Source: Modestobacter sp. VKM Ac-2985 (GTDB lineage Bacteria; Actinomycetota; Actinomycetes; Mycobacteriales; Geodermatophilaceae). From it: a DNA stretch of 32,000 nucleotides. Positions 8,310-15,866 of the stretch are shown here, in pieces (the stretch's first letter is position 1; every line of letters starts with the position of its first letter). The DNA lies in NCBI RefSeq assembly GCF_026967925.1, contig NZ_JAPVBI010000003.1:1038826-1070825 (forward strand). The letters run 5' to 3'. Below the pieces are notes generated by a model that worked only from the letters and a program-made list of their open reading frames with translations, had not been told where the DNA came from and searched no databases. Made by a program: the position numbers and the translations under genes.

Positions 8310-9581
8310 GTGGACCAGGCGACGGAGCTGTTGTGGCGGGCTGCGTTGCGGCGTCCGTGGACGAAGCGGCCACTCAAGACCGACGTCGCGGCGATGGCCG
8401 TAGCGCTCGACCCGGGCGACGCCGTCGACGGGGTGTTCCGGGCCAGGTGGACGGAGACGTCCGCCGGCGCACTGGCGATCACGTCCGGTGCCCTGCTCAT
8501 CGGGCAGGCGCGCCCCCGCCAGCACGTCACCGACCTGCTGCGTGCGGCCAGCCCGGAACACCGCCACGGTCCGCACGCCCTGGCCATTCCCCGCAGCGAC
8601 ATCCGCAAGGTCCAGCTGACGTCGGGAGGCGTCGCCGTCCACACCGATGCCCAGGTCATCGACCTGCGGGTGACGGGCGACCCCGAGCTGCGAACGGCTC
8701 TCTTCCGGCTGTCCCCTCGATCTGTAGACGTCGACAACCCGCGAAACCGGACGCGGCTGCTGCCACACGAGGCGCTGTGGAACACCCGCTACCCGCACGG
8801 CCGGAACCGGATCGAGCGCAGGGACTGGCCCATCCCGACCGGAGCGCTGTGGAACGCCGGCCACGCGTGGCGGCGCCTCCCGCCGTGGAGCCAGTGGGCG
8901 CTGGCGGTGGGCGTCTTCGTCGGGCTGCAGACGTTCGTTGCGCCCGTCGGCGTCCTGTTCGCCATCCTGTTGCTGACGCTGCTGGGGCTCACGGGCGAGG
9001 CTGCCGTCGAGCGCCGCCGGCTCGCTCTCACCGGGCCGGAGACCGAACTGGCCGAGGCCGACTGGATCGAGGGGCGGGTGGCCGGTGCGGCCTGCCGGGC
9101 GTGGGAGGAGACGCTGCGGGAACCGTCCTGGTCCTCTCCGGCACTCGACGCCACCCGCGCGGCGTTCGACGGCGACCACGAGGTCGACGCCGTCATCGAC
9201 CTGGCGCTGCGCATCCACGATGCCCGCACCCAACTCGGGGCGATGCCGACCGGGCCGGCGAGGGTGATCTGGCAGCAGCAGTGGACGGCGCTGGACGCGG
9301 CCGCCGAGCGGCTGGGCGAGCGCGCCGACGCGCTGATCCGGCACCGCGAGCAGGCCGCGCAGCTGTCCCGGGAGTTGGCTCAGCTGGCCGAGCTGGAACG
9401 ATTCGAGCGGTCCGCGCTGGTCGTCGACGATCTCACCATCGCCACGTCGGTGGGCGGCGAGCGCGCCGGGCTCAGCCCGGTCGCCGACGACATCGCCGGC
9501 ACGCGAGCAGCGGTGCGGGAGCTCATCGAGCTGATGACCCACACTCGGGCGCCGCTGGCCACGCCCGTCGACGCCCCGTGA
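8310..9581 (+). CDS. Hypothetical membrane protein (N-terminal soluble domain, central TM hairpin, C-terminal coiled coil)
   Basis: Same frame as track ORF 8223..9581. I prefer the GTG at 8310, preceded by AGGAGGA (8299-8305). The upstream extension is Arg-rich junk. The hydrophobic stretch WSQWALAVGVFVGLQTFVAPVGVLFAILLLTLLGLTG sits mid-protein. The C-terminal part is helical (REQAAQLSRELAQLAELERFERS). I recognise no family. Confidence 0.65.
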   Translation: MDQATELLWRAALRRPWTKRPLKTDVAAMAVALDPGDAVDGVFRARWTETSAGALAITSGALLIGQARPRQHVTDLLRAASPEHRHGPHALAIPRSDIRKVQLTSGGVAVHTDAQVIDLRVTGDPELRTALFRLSPRSVDVDNPRNRTRLLPHEALWNTRYPHGRNRIERRDWPIPTGALWNAGHAWRRLPPWSQWALAVGVFVGLQTFVAPVGVLFAILLLTLLGLTGEAAVERRRLALTGPETELAEADWIEGRVAGAACRAWEETLREPSWSSPALDATRAAFDGDHEVDAVIDLALRIHDARTQLGAMPTGPARVIWQQQWTALDAAAERLGERADALIRHREQAAQLSRELAQLAELERFERSALVVDDLTIATSVGGERAGLSPVADDIAGTRAAVRELIELMTHTRAPLATPVDAP

Positions 9582-9609
9582 CCGAAGACCCTGGAGAAGA
9601 GACGTACCG

Positions 9610-9774
9610 ATGATCTGGTTCCTGCTCGGAGTGCTGCTCGTCTCCTCCATCGCGGGCGGACTGGTCGCCTGGCGTGCCCCCGACAACTACATCGCCCTGT
9701 CGGTCGCCGGAAGCCTGTTCATGGTGGCCTTGTCAGCGCTCCTCATCCCGTTCGTGCTCACCGTCCTGCAGTAG
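9610..9774 (+). CDS. 54-aa two-TM micro membrane protein, not in ORF track
   Basis: ATG at 9610, 28 nt after the upstream stop, with GGAGAAGAG upstream. Translation: MIWFLLGVLLVSSIAGGLVAWRAPDNYIALSVAGSLFMVALSALLIPFVLTVLQ*. By my count 49 of 54 third positions are G/C. The ORF is below the track length cutoff. Confidence 0.5.
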   Translation: MIWFLLGVLLVSSIAGGLVAWRAPDNYIALSVAGSLFMVALSALLIPFVLTVLQ

Positions 9775-9914
9775 CGCGGCGCGGCCGTGGCGTGAGCACG
9801 CCGTGGCCGTCACCGCCGCAGTGAGACATATCGACTTCGTCCGCTGACGCCCCAGCTGCCACAGCCGCCACAGCCTGACCCGGAGTCGTCGCTGCCGGCC
9901 GGTAGACGGGGCGC

Positions 9915-11984
9915 ATGACTGACCCCGCGGAGCTCCAGCCGACGTCCATCGACGGGGCGGCACCGGGGCCGCGGGTCACCGTCGAGGTCACCGCGGTCCC
10001 CGTGCTCAGCTACGCGCTCGCGCACAACGGCATCGCCGTCGTCTCCCAGCTGGTGCTGACCGGGCACGACGAGCCGGTGCGGCACGCCAGCGTGCACGTG
10101 GCCGTCCGCGACGCCGAGGGCCCGATCGGCGAGGCCGTCGAGATGTTCGCCGACATCGACCCGGGACACACCACGGTGCTCACCGACGTCGGCCTGCGGC
10201 TGGACCCGGCGGCGATGCTGCAGGTCGAGGAGCGCCGTCCCGGCTGGCTGTCGGTCCTGGTGGAGAAGGACGGCGAGGTGCTCGGCCGGGCGCGCGTGCC
10301 GGTGCAGGTGCTGGCTGCGGCGCAGTGGCTGGCCACTCCGCTGGAGCTGGCGATGGAGATGCTCGCCGCGCACGTCCTGCCCAACCACCCCACGATCCCG
10401 GCGTTGGTCGCCGAGGCCGCCGAGCTGCTGGGCACGGAGACCGGCAGCCCGTCGATCCAGGGCTACCAGGCCGGCCCCGAGCGGGTGGACGCCATCGCCG
10501 CCGCGATCTGCGCCGCCGTGCAGGCCCGCGCTGTCCGGTACAGCGAGCCGCCGGCCAGCTGGGCCGACGTCGGGCAGAAGGTGCGCACGCCCGGCGAGGT
10601 GCTGGACGAGCGGGTCGGCACCTGCCTGGACCTGGTCGTCGTCCTGGCTGCCGCGCTGGAGCAGGCCGGCATCCGGTCGCTGCTGTGGCTGGTCGAGGGG
10701 CACGCCTTCCTCGGCTACTGGCGCGAGGAGCTGTCGGCGCAGAGCTCGGCGACCACCGACGTCGCCAGCCTGGTGAACCTGGTCGACCTGGGGCTCATCC
10801 GGCTGGTCGAGACCACGATGCTCACCACCCGCACCGAGCCGGTCGGCTTCGACGAGCTGCACCGCCCGCCCTACGCCGCCTGGCTGACCGGCGACCTCGA
10901 CCGGGTGATCGGCGTCGTCGACGTCTACCGCGCCCGGCGCGACGGCGTCCTCCCGCTGCCAGCCCGCACCCGGGACGCCGACGGCGCCGTGCAGGTGGTC
11001 GAGTACCGGCCGGCCGTGCACAGCACGCCGGCCCGCCCGGCCGAGAGCGGGACGGCGGCGGAGCACGAGGCCCGGGAGGTCGCCCCGCCGCGGATCGCGC
11101 AGTGGAAGAACGCGCTGCTGGACCTGAGCCTGCGCAACCGGCTGATCAACTACACGCCGCGCGCCGGGATCGCGCTGACCGTCCCCGATGCGCAGCTCGG
11201 CGCGTTGGAGGACCTCGTCAACGGCGGGACGGCGCTGACCCTGCTGCCCAGCGACCAGCTGGCCGCCGTCCAGCGCGAACGCGGGCTGCGGTCGGCCCGG
11301 GAGCTGCCGCAGGAGCAGCTGACCGAGCTGCTGCTGGACCGCCGCGGGCTGTACGTCGACGTCCCGGAGACCGCGTATCTGACCCGGATGCGGGCGCTGG
11401 CCTACAAGGCGAAGACGGTGCTGGAGGAGACCGGCGCCAACAACCTGTACCTGGCGCTGGGCAGCCTGGCCTGGGAGCTCGACGGCCGGCCGCTGCGCTC
11501 ACCGCTGATCCTGGTGCCCGTCGTGCTCAAGGCCCACTCGCGGTCCGGCGCCTACCGGCTGACCGTGGACGAGTCCGGCACCAGCACGCCCAACTACTGC
11601 CTGCTGGAGAAGCTGCGCCAGCTGCACGGCCTGAGCGTGCCCGGCCTGGCCGAGCCGACCGAGGACGGCGCCGGGATCGACCTGGACGCCGCGCTCCAGG
11701 CGATGCGGGTCGCGCTGGTCGAGCAGGGGCTGCCGTACCGGGTCGAGCCGACCGCCGACCTGGCGATCCTGGCGTTCGCGAAGTTCCGGCTGTGGAAGGA
11801 CCTCGACGAGCACTGGGCGACGCTGAGCGAGAACCCGCTGGTCGCCCACCTGGTGCACTCCCCCACCGACCCGTTCGAGGGGGCTCAGCGAACAGCAGAT
11901 CCGCCGGGGCCTGGCACAGGTCGGCGGCGATGGAGCCGTGCAGCTGCCGGCGCGGGTGGGTGCGGTCTCCGACGGGGCTCGTAG
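9915..11984 (+). pseudogene. 5'-terminal remnant of a giant transglutaminase-like/DUF4011 SF1-helicase-type gene; homology stops near 11880
   Basis: Track ORF, 689 aa.
- Residues ~200-300 carry a transglutaminase-like Cys/His core (RVGTCLDLVVVLAAALEQAGI...VEGHAFLGYW).
- The DUF4011-type signature WKNALLDLSLRNRLINY follows (LLDLSLRNRLINY at 11115-11153).
- The sequence stays protein-like up to ...LVAHLVHSPTDPFEG.
- No Walker A or helicase core is reached.
- After ~11880 the frame reads Arg/Gly-rich junk (AQRTADPPGPGTGRRRWSRAAAGAGGCGLRRGS), which is antisense to a portal fragment. Confidence 0.7.
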
Positions 11985-12151
11985 AAGGCGCGCGCCGCGG
12001 CGCCCTGGACGCCCCCGCGGTACTGGGAGGGCCGGTCCAGCTGCGGCTTCTGCTGCGACGAGTAGACGGCGTTGAGCCGGTCCATGTCCCCACTGAGCCA
12101 CGCGGACCACTGCTGGAGGTGGGTGAGGATCCCGGCCAGGGGCGCAGGCGG
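11880..12151 (-). pseudogene. Phage portal protein N-terminal fragment (frameshifted, lacking start and most of the gene)
   Basis: The minus strand reads PLAGILTHLQQWSAWLSGDMDRLNAVYSSQQKPQLDRPSQYRGGVQGAAARAF. After a frame change near 11975 it reads VGDRTHPRRQLHGSIAADLCQAPADLLFAEPP. This is the typical portal N-terminal pattern (...RPSQ...RLH.P.A.DI....ADLLF.EPP). An in-frame TGA lies at 12152-12154 and no start codon follows it. The fragment sits downstream (minus sense) of the TerS and TerL remnants, as expected for phage gene order. Confidence 0.5.
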
Positions 12152-12263
12152 TCAGGCGGTATCGGACTGAGGGAGTGGCACCGGCGTCTTCCTCACTGTC
12201 GCCGGCACGGAGATCTGTCGGTGGCTCGTGCTCTGCTGAGATTTCCGACGAGAGGACGATCCT

Positions 12264-12812
12264 GTGACCGAGACGCAAGACGCACGGCAGAAGTGGGCAG
12301 CTGAGCTCGCCGAGCTGGTAGAGAAGCAGATCAGGGGCCGGCACCTCGCGGCGCACCTGTACGCGCGCCTGGCGCTGCTGCTGCAGACCGAAGAGGTGCG
12401 TTTCGCCCAAGTCGCCCTGCAGGAGACCCGCCGCTACGTGAACGGTGACCTGTTCGTCTGGACGGACCGGTACCTGGCGGTCGCCCAATTCAGCACCGTG
12501 GCCATCACCTACCCCCAGGAGGAGCGCAGCTTCCTCGAGGACCACCGTGACGCGTCCGTCAGCGTGCGGTTGATACCGCGCGCCACACTCCGCGGCCTCC
12601 TGCTCCCGAACCTCGCCGATGGCGTCTCGATCAACGACGGTGCGACCTGGAACTGGAAGATCGAGGGAGGCGACTGGTCATGGCCGCAGGGCGCGTCGCT
12701 GTCCCTCGACTATCGCGACTTGGACAAGCCGCTCATGCTGCCCGGCAGCGGAGACGTCGACGCGTTCGAGCGGCTGATCCCGTCGCTGCTCGATGACCTC
12801 GCGGCCAACTAG
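12264..12812 (+). CDS. Hypothetical protein (intact, opposite strand to the surrounding prophage relics)
   Basis: Track ORF, 182 aa. GTG start at 12264 preceded by GAGAGGA. Protein-like composition (MTETQDARQKWAAELAELVEKQIRG...WNWKIEGGDWSWPQGASLSLDYRDLDKPLMLPG...). I recognise no family. Its TAG (12810-12812) overlaps the TAG of the convergent TerL remnant within a CTAG. Confidence 0.6.
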   Translation: MTETQDARQKWAAELAELVEKQIRGRHLAAHLYARLALLLQTEEVRFAQVALQETRRYVNGDLFVWTDRYLAVAQFSTVAITYPQEERSFLEDHRDASVSVRLIPRATLRGLLLPNLADGVSINDGATWNWKIEGGDWSWPQGASLSLDYRDLDKPLMLPGSGDVDAFERLIPSLLDDLAAN

Positions 12813-13229
12813 GCCGCGGCCAGCGCCGAGTCGGCGAGGTGCCCGCGCCACAGTGACTCGGTGGTGGCGACGGCGTACCGGCCGGCGTCGAGGGAGTGGT
12901 CGGCGGTCTTGATCGGCTTGTCCTCTTCGGCCTTCGGGTGCCAGGCGTAGCCGGTGACCTCGGACAGCCAGCCGGTAGTTGCCGACGACGGTGCTGGCCA
13001 CGCCGCAGATCAGCGACGGGTCCTGCAGGGGACCGATGACGTTGCGCCACACCGCGTCGCGGGTGCGCACGAACATGACGAGCTCCCCGCCCGTGGGCGG
13101 GTCGGCAAGGTGAATCATCCAGCGGAGCAGTGAACCGATGGTCTTCCCGGAGCGGACGGCGCCGTCCCACACGTTGACGCGGCCGGACGCTTCGCGGCTG
13201 GAGCGGAGCTGCTTGGGGGAGAGGGTCAC
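12809..13229 (-). pseudogene. Terminase large subunit remnant with a large internal deletion
   Basis: The N-terminal ~87 codons from GTG 13229 read VTLSPKQLRSSREASGRVNVWDGAVRSGKTIGSLLRWMIHLADPPTGGELVMFVRTRDAVWRNVIGPLQDPSLICGVASTVVGNY. The Walker A motif is GAVRSGKT (about 13141-13165). Around 12965-12975 the reading frame changes. The sequence continues as the terminase C-terminus WLSEVTGYAWHPKAEEDKPIKTADHSLDAGRYAVATTESLWRG...* ending at 12809. The ATPase/nuclease middle is missing. Confidence 0.7.
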
Positions 13230-13731
13230 GTCCGCTCGGGGCCGGCGACGCCGAGAGCCTCGCCGAGCTGGCGGGGAGGGAGCGTTCGCGTTTGACACCG
13301 CCGGTGGCGTCGATGGCATCCATCTTGGTCGCTGAGAGCAGGTGGCGGGAGAGGACCTCGGCGACGTCGCGGCGGTCCCGGGAGGGGATGAACGTCAGCG
13401 TGTCCCCGACCTTCGCGCCGTACGCGCCCTTCAGGATCGTCTGCCAGCCGTTGCCGGCGCGCCCGTCCTCGATCGCGGTGAGCACCGCTTCGACCTCGTC
13501 GTATAGGCGGGCGACGAGCTTCCCGCGGCGGGCCTTGTTGTCGATGGCGGTGGCTTCGGCGGCCTTCGCGGTGCGGTGCGGTCCCAGGTGAGGCCGAGGT
13601 CGGCGGCGCGCTTGTGGACGGAGGACTTGGTCCGGTTGATCTTTTTGGCGATGGAGCGGAGGGAGCGGCCGGCGGCGTGGAGTTCGGCGAGCGCTGGTCT
13701 TCGGCGTCGGTCCAGGGGGGGTGCCGGGCAT
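13226..13731 (-). pseudogene. Terminase small subunit-like (HTH) gene with several frameshifts
   Basis: An ATG lies at 13731. The HTH segment AELHAAGRSLRSIAKKINRTKSSVHKRAADLGLTWDRTA is readable in one frame. The continuation AKAAEATAIDNKARRGKLVARLYDEVEAVLTAIEDGRAGNGWQTILKGAYGAKVGDTLTFIPSRDRRDVAEVLSRHLL is in another frame. The terminal codons (LGEALGVAGPERT*) are in a third frame and end in a GTGA overlap with the TerL start. A G7/C7 homopolymer (13715-13721) sits right after the ATG. Confidence 0.5.
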
Positions 13732-13847
13732 GGTCACCGCCTGCTGGTGTCTGCTGCGGGCGCCTGGCCCGTGTGGTTGTTCACCGCCCCGCCATCGTCT
13801 TCCCGTACGGCAAGCGGGGCGGGAGTGTGGCGACACGCCTGCCAAGG

Positions 13848-13887
13848 TAACTTGCTAGGCCATGGTTGCGGCAAGTAAACTTGCTAG
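13848..13887. promoter_or_regulatory. Operator/promoter-like repeats upstream of the small plus-strand gene pair
   Basis: Direct repeat AACTTGCTAG at 13849-13858 and 13878-13887. GCAAGT (13871-13876) forms an inverted repeat with ACTTGC. The region is locally AT-rich. TAAACT (13876-13881) is a TANNNT -10 candidate 7 nt before the ATG at 13889, which would fit a leaderless transcript. Confidence 0.35.
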
Positions 13888-13888
13888 C

Positions 13889-14140
13889 ATGCAGGAGCCG
13901 GAGATCCACGAAGCAGCCCGCAAGCACTGGGTTGTCGATGCGGACATGCGGTACGTGTTCGCTAACCCGCTCCGCACTCTGACCGAGCAGGGCGTCTGGG
14001 AGCTCACCATGCACGTCGGCTTCACCGAGAACGGCAAGTTGATCGAGGTCGGCTTCGTCACCGCCAGCAACGGCCCGGTCGTCATCCTCCACGCGATGCC
14101 CGTCAACCGGCAGCGCGCCCGCAGCAAGTACGGCCTCTGA
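13889..14140 (+). CDS. Small conserved protein, toxin-like (BrnT-like layout suspected)
   Basis: Track ORF 13862..14140. I prefer the ATG at 13889 because the nine codons before it have AT-rich third positions. Translation: MQEPEIHEAARKHWVVDADMRYVFANPLRTLTEQGVWELTMHVGFTENGKLIEVGFVTASNGPVVILHAMPVNRQRARSKYGL. The layout is an N-terminal H/K-rich helix, a beta core and a C-terminal ILHAMP.R. It resembles small actinobacterial/phage toxin-like proteins. The assignment is tentative. Confidence 0.5.
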   Translation: MQEPEIHEAARKHWVVDADMRYVFANPLRTLTEQGVWELTMHVGFTENGKLIEVGFVTASNGPVVILHAMPVNRQRARSKYGL

Positions 14141-14154
14141 GGAGAGGTGATCTG

Positions 14155-14538
14155 ATGCCCAAGAGCTACGAAGACATCATGAAGCACGCGGACGAACTGT
14201 CCGCGTACATGGAGAATGACTTTACTGGGGTCGAGACCCCGGAGGAAGCGGCGTTGAAGGCTGCTGCCTTCCGGCGCGCGCAGGCTGATGCCGAGGTGCT
14301 CCGAGCGGTCAAGGCTGCAGCAGAGGCCGGTCGACCCTGGCGCGTCATCGGCGAAGCGCTCGGAACGACAGGTGAGGCGGCGCGGCAGAGGTATTCCAAG
14401 CTCTGCAATCTGCATGGCGGCAAGTTCAAGGATGCAGCTCGCCAACAGCGGACCGCGAATACCAAGGTCTCATCGGTCTCCACGGCGGCAAGGAAGGTCG
14501 CAGGGAGTCGTAAGACTGGGACAACGCACAGGATCTAG
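14155..14538 (+). CDS. HTH-containing small protein, possible cognate antitoxin/regulator
   Basis: Track ORF, 127 aa. ATG 14155 is preceded by GGAGAGG (14141-14147), 14 nt after the upstream stop. It contains the HTH-like segment RPWRVIGEALGTTGEAARQRYSK. The C-terminal tail is basic and low-complexity. Confidence 0.55.
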   Translation: MPKSYEDIMKHADELSAYMENDFTGVETPEEAALKAAAFRRAQADAEVLRAVKAAAEAGRPWRVIGEALGTTGEAARQRYSKLCNLHGGKFKDAARQQRTANTKVSSVSTAARKVAGSRKTGTTHRI

Positions 14539-14543
14539 CTGCT

Positions 14544-14579
14544 GTGTCCTCGGTCGGCATTCGCGCCGACCGAGGACAC
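14544..14579. terminator. Perfect 15-bp stem hairpin between convergent genes (bidirectional terminator candidate)
   Basis: GTGTCCTCGGTCGGC (14544-14558) pairs perfectly with GCCGACCGAGGACAC (14565-14579) across the 6-nt loop ATTCGC. It starts 6 nt after the stop at 14538. Confidence 0.6.
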
Positions 14580-14777
14580 GCGCTGTTCAGTTGTCCGGCC
14601 GCGCGCGGTCCGATCTGCCGGCCCCCAGGCCTGCGTCGCCCCCGACGACGTGCACCGAGACGTTAGAGGTCGGACGCTGCCCTCCAAGGCGGTGCGCCCG
14701 GCTGTCACCTCGGCGATGCCGGGCTTCGGTGACGGGTGGCGCCTTGCCCCGACTCGGGGGCACCGCATTCCGGCCGC

Positions 14778-15038
14778 TCACGGCGGTCTAGGGGAGTTCG
14801 GGCGCCTAGTGACGGTGCTTACAGGCTGGTGGAGAACCAGCGCCACTGCGTTACCGGACGGCAACCGACCGTCACGGGGTGTCGCCCGCAGCTCCTCGAG
14901 CTCCGGCACCTCGTCGACGTTCACGGGCAGCCGCAGCCCGTCGCCGTGGTCGCCGATCCGGCCGGCCAGGGCCCAGCGTTGGATCGTGCGGACCGGTACG
15001 CCAGTGGCCAGCGAGGCGGTCGCGGGGTCAAGGATCAT
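14778..15038 (-). CDS. Phage-type helix-turn-helix DNA-binding protein (excisionase/MerR-like HTH)
   Basis: C-terminal part of track ORF 14778..15341. ATG at 15038 in an ATGA overlap with the preceding relic. Translation: MILDPATASLATGVPVRTIQRWALAGRIGDHGDGLRLPVNVDEVPELEELRA... The tail after that looks non-conserved, so the original stop may be lost. Confidence 0.55.
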   Translation of the reverse strand: MILDPATASLATGVPVRTIQRWALAGRIGDHGDGLRLPVNVDEVPELEELRATPRDGRLPSGNAVALVLHQPVSTVTRRPNSPRPP

Positions 15039-15341
15039 GGCCGCCACTCCTCGCGGTAGTCCGGGTGGCCGGCGTTGGGATCTGCCATCAGGCAGAGCAC
15101 GGGCGTGTCGATCGGGTCCTTGCGGAACGAGAAATCCTTTCGAACTTCGGGCCGCGCTCGTGCTCCACGATGCTCCGCTTGGCTTCGCACTCGGCGAGGA
15201 CACGACCCACGTTGAAGGTGTCGTGGAAGGCCCAGAACTGCGGCGAGCCAAAGTTGCGGTACTCGTGCGCACTGGCGCCTGCTGTGCAGCCCGCTCGTCT
15301 TCGTCGATGCGGGCGAGCAGGACGTTGGCGAGGTCAGTCAT
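15035..15341 (-). pseudogene. DUF6221-like phage gene with at least two frameshifts
   Basis: Three frames are needed to read it:
- Frame 1 from ATG 15341: MTDLANVLLARIDEDERAAQQA
- Frame 2: SAHEYRNFGSPQFWAFHDTFNVGRVLAECEAKRSIVEHERGPKFE
- Frame 3: KDFSFRKDPIDTPVLCLMADPNAGHPDYREEWRP* ending at 15035

The combined sequence matches my memory of the DUF6221 pattern (LLARI.EDE...VLAECEAKR.IV...HPDYREEWRP). Confidence 0.55.
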
Positions 15342-15546
15342 GGGTCGAGTTCCCCCCGGTCGTCAGCCTTGCGGATGAGGAAGTCGGCGAGCAGGAACGC
15401 CTCCCGGGTGGCCTTGGCGAGCAGGTCCCGGACGTTGGGCAAGGTGGTCACGCAGCCACCTGGTCTCGGGCTCGGGGGACCCACAGCTGGATCGTGCGCA
15501 CCGGGACGCCGGTGGCCAGTAATGCGGTCGCCGGCTCGAGAATCAC
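15338..15546 (-). pseudogene. Second, disrupted copy of the HTH gene
   Basis: GTG at 15546 gives VILEPATALLATGVPVRTIQLW, then an early stop. A downstream frame gives VTTLPNVRDLLAKATREAFLLADFLIRKADDRGELDP*, ending in an ATGA overlap with the DUF6221-like start. The first ~58 nt are about 80% identical to 14981-15038 by my alignment. Confidence 0.45.
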
Positions 15547-15866
15547 CGAGCCCGAGCGCCTCTCTCTTCACCGCAGTTCTGACACATGACCCGATTGCGG
15601 CCTGCGGAGTCGGTGTAGGGCTGCCACGTGTGGCCACTGCCCCAGCCGCAGAGCCGGCGGGCCGCGCGGATGCGCCCGGACGCGTGGTCGGTCTCGGCCT
15701 CGTCAGGCGCCGGGGGGGTCGCAGGGGTGGCGTCATAGCGGGTGCGTTGGTCCGCGAGGGCTCGGGCGAGGATCTCATGCGCGTCCTGGCTGGTGGTCGC
15801 GTCCATGATCGCGGCGTACAGGCCGATGGCCTGCTGTCGCTCGGATTCGGTCGGCTCAGCGCTCAC
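15543..15866 (-). CDS. Small phage-type protein with a C-terminal Cys pair (zinc-finger-like)
   Basis: GTG at 15866 in a GTGA overlap with the upstream gene's stop. Translation: VSAEPTESERQQAIGLYAAIMDATTSQDAHEILARALADQRTRYD...RLCGWGSGHTWQPYTDSAGRNRVMCQNCGEERGARAR*. This is the C-terminal part of track ORF 15543..16427. It contains a C7 tract (plus-strand G7 at 15712-15718). Confidence 0.45.
   Translation of the reverse strand: MSAEPTESERQQAIGLYAAIMDATTSQDAHEILARALADQRTRYDATPATPPAPDEAETDHASGRIRAARRLCGWGSGHTWQPYTDSAGRNRVMCQNCGEERGARAR

Noticed and set aside
6922-9686. Long overlapping ORFs 6922..8403 (+), 7697..9613 (+) and 8058..9686 (-)
   Set aside because: They are off-frame or antisense to the nuclease and the 423-aa membrane protein. 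Their composition is Arg/Pro/Gly-dominated and they lack RBS-supported starts.
9810-12545. ORFs 9810..11066 (-), 10325..12304 (+) and 11499..12545 (-)
   Set aside because: They are shadow frames of the DUF4011-type gene and the adjacent relics. The translations are low-complexity and cross the 11880 junction without any change in character.
13715-13721. G7/C7 homopolymer at the start of the TerS-like gene as a programmed frameshift or phase switch
   Set aside because: The gene needs additional frame changes further downstream, and neighbouring phage genes are also broken. General decay is therefore the simpler explanation, though sequencing error at the homopolymer cannot be excluded.
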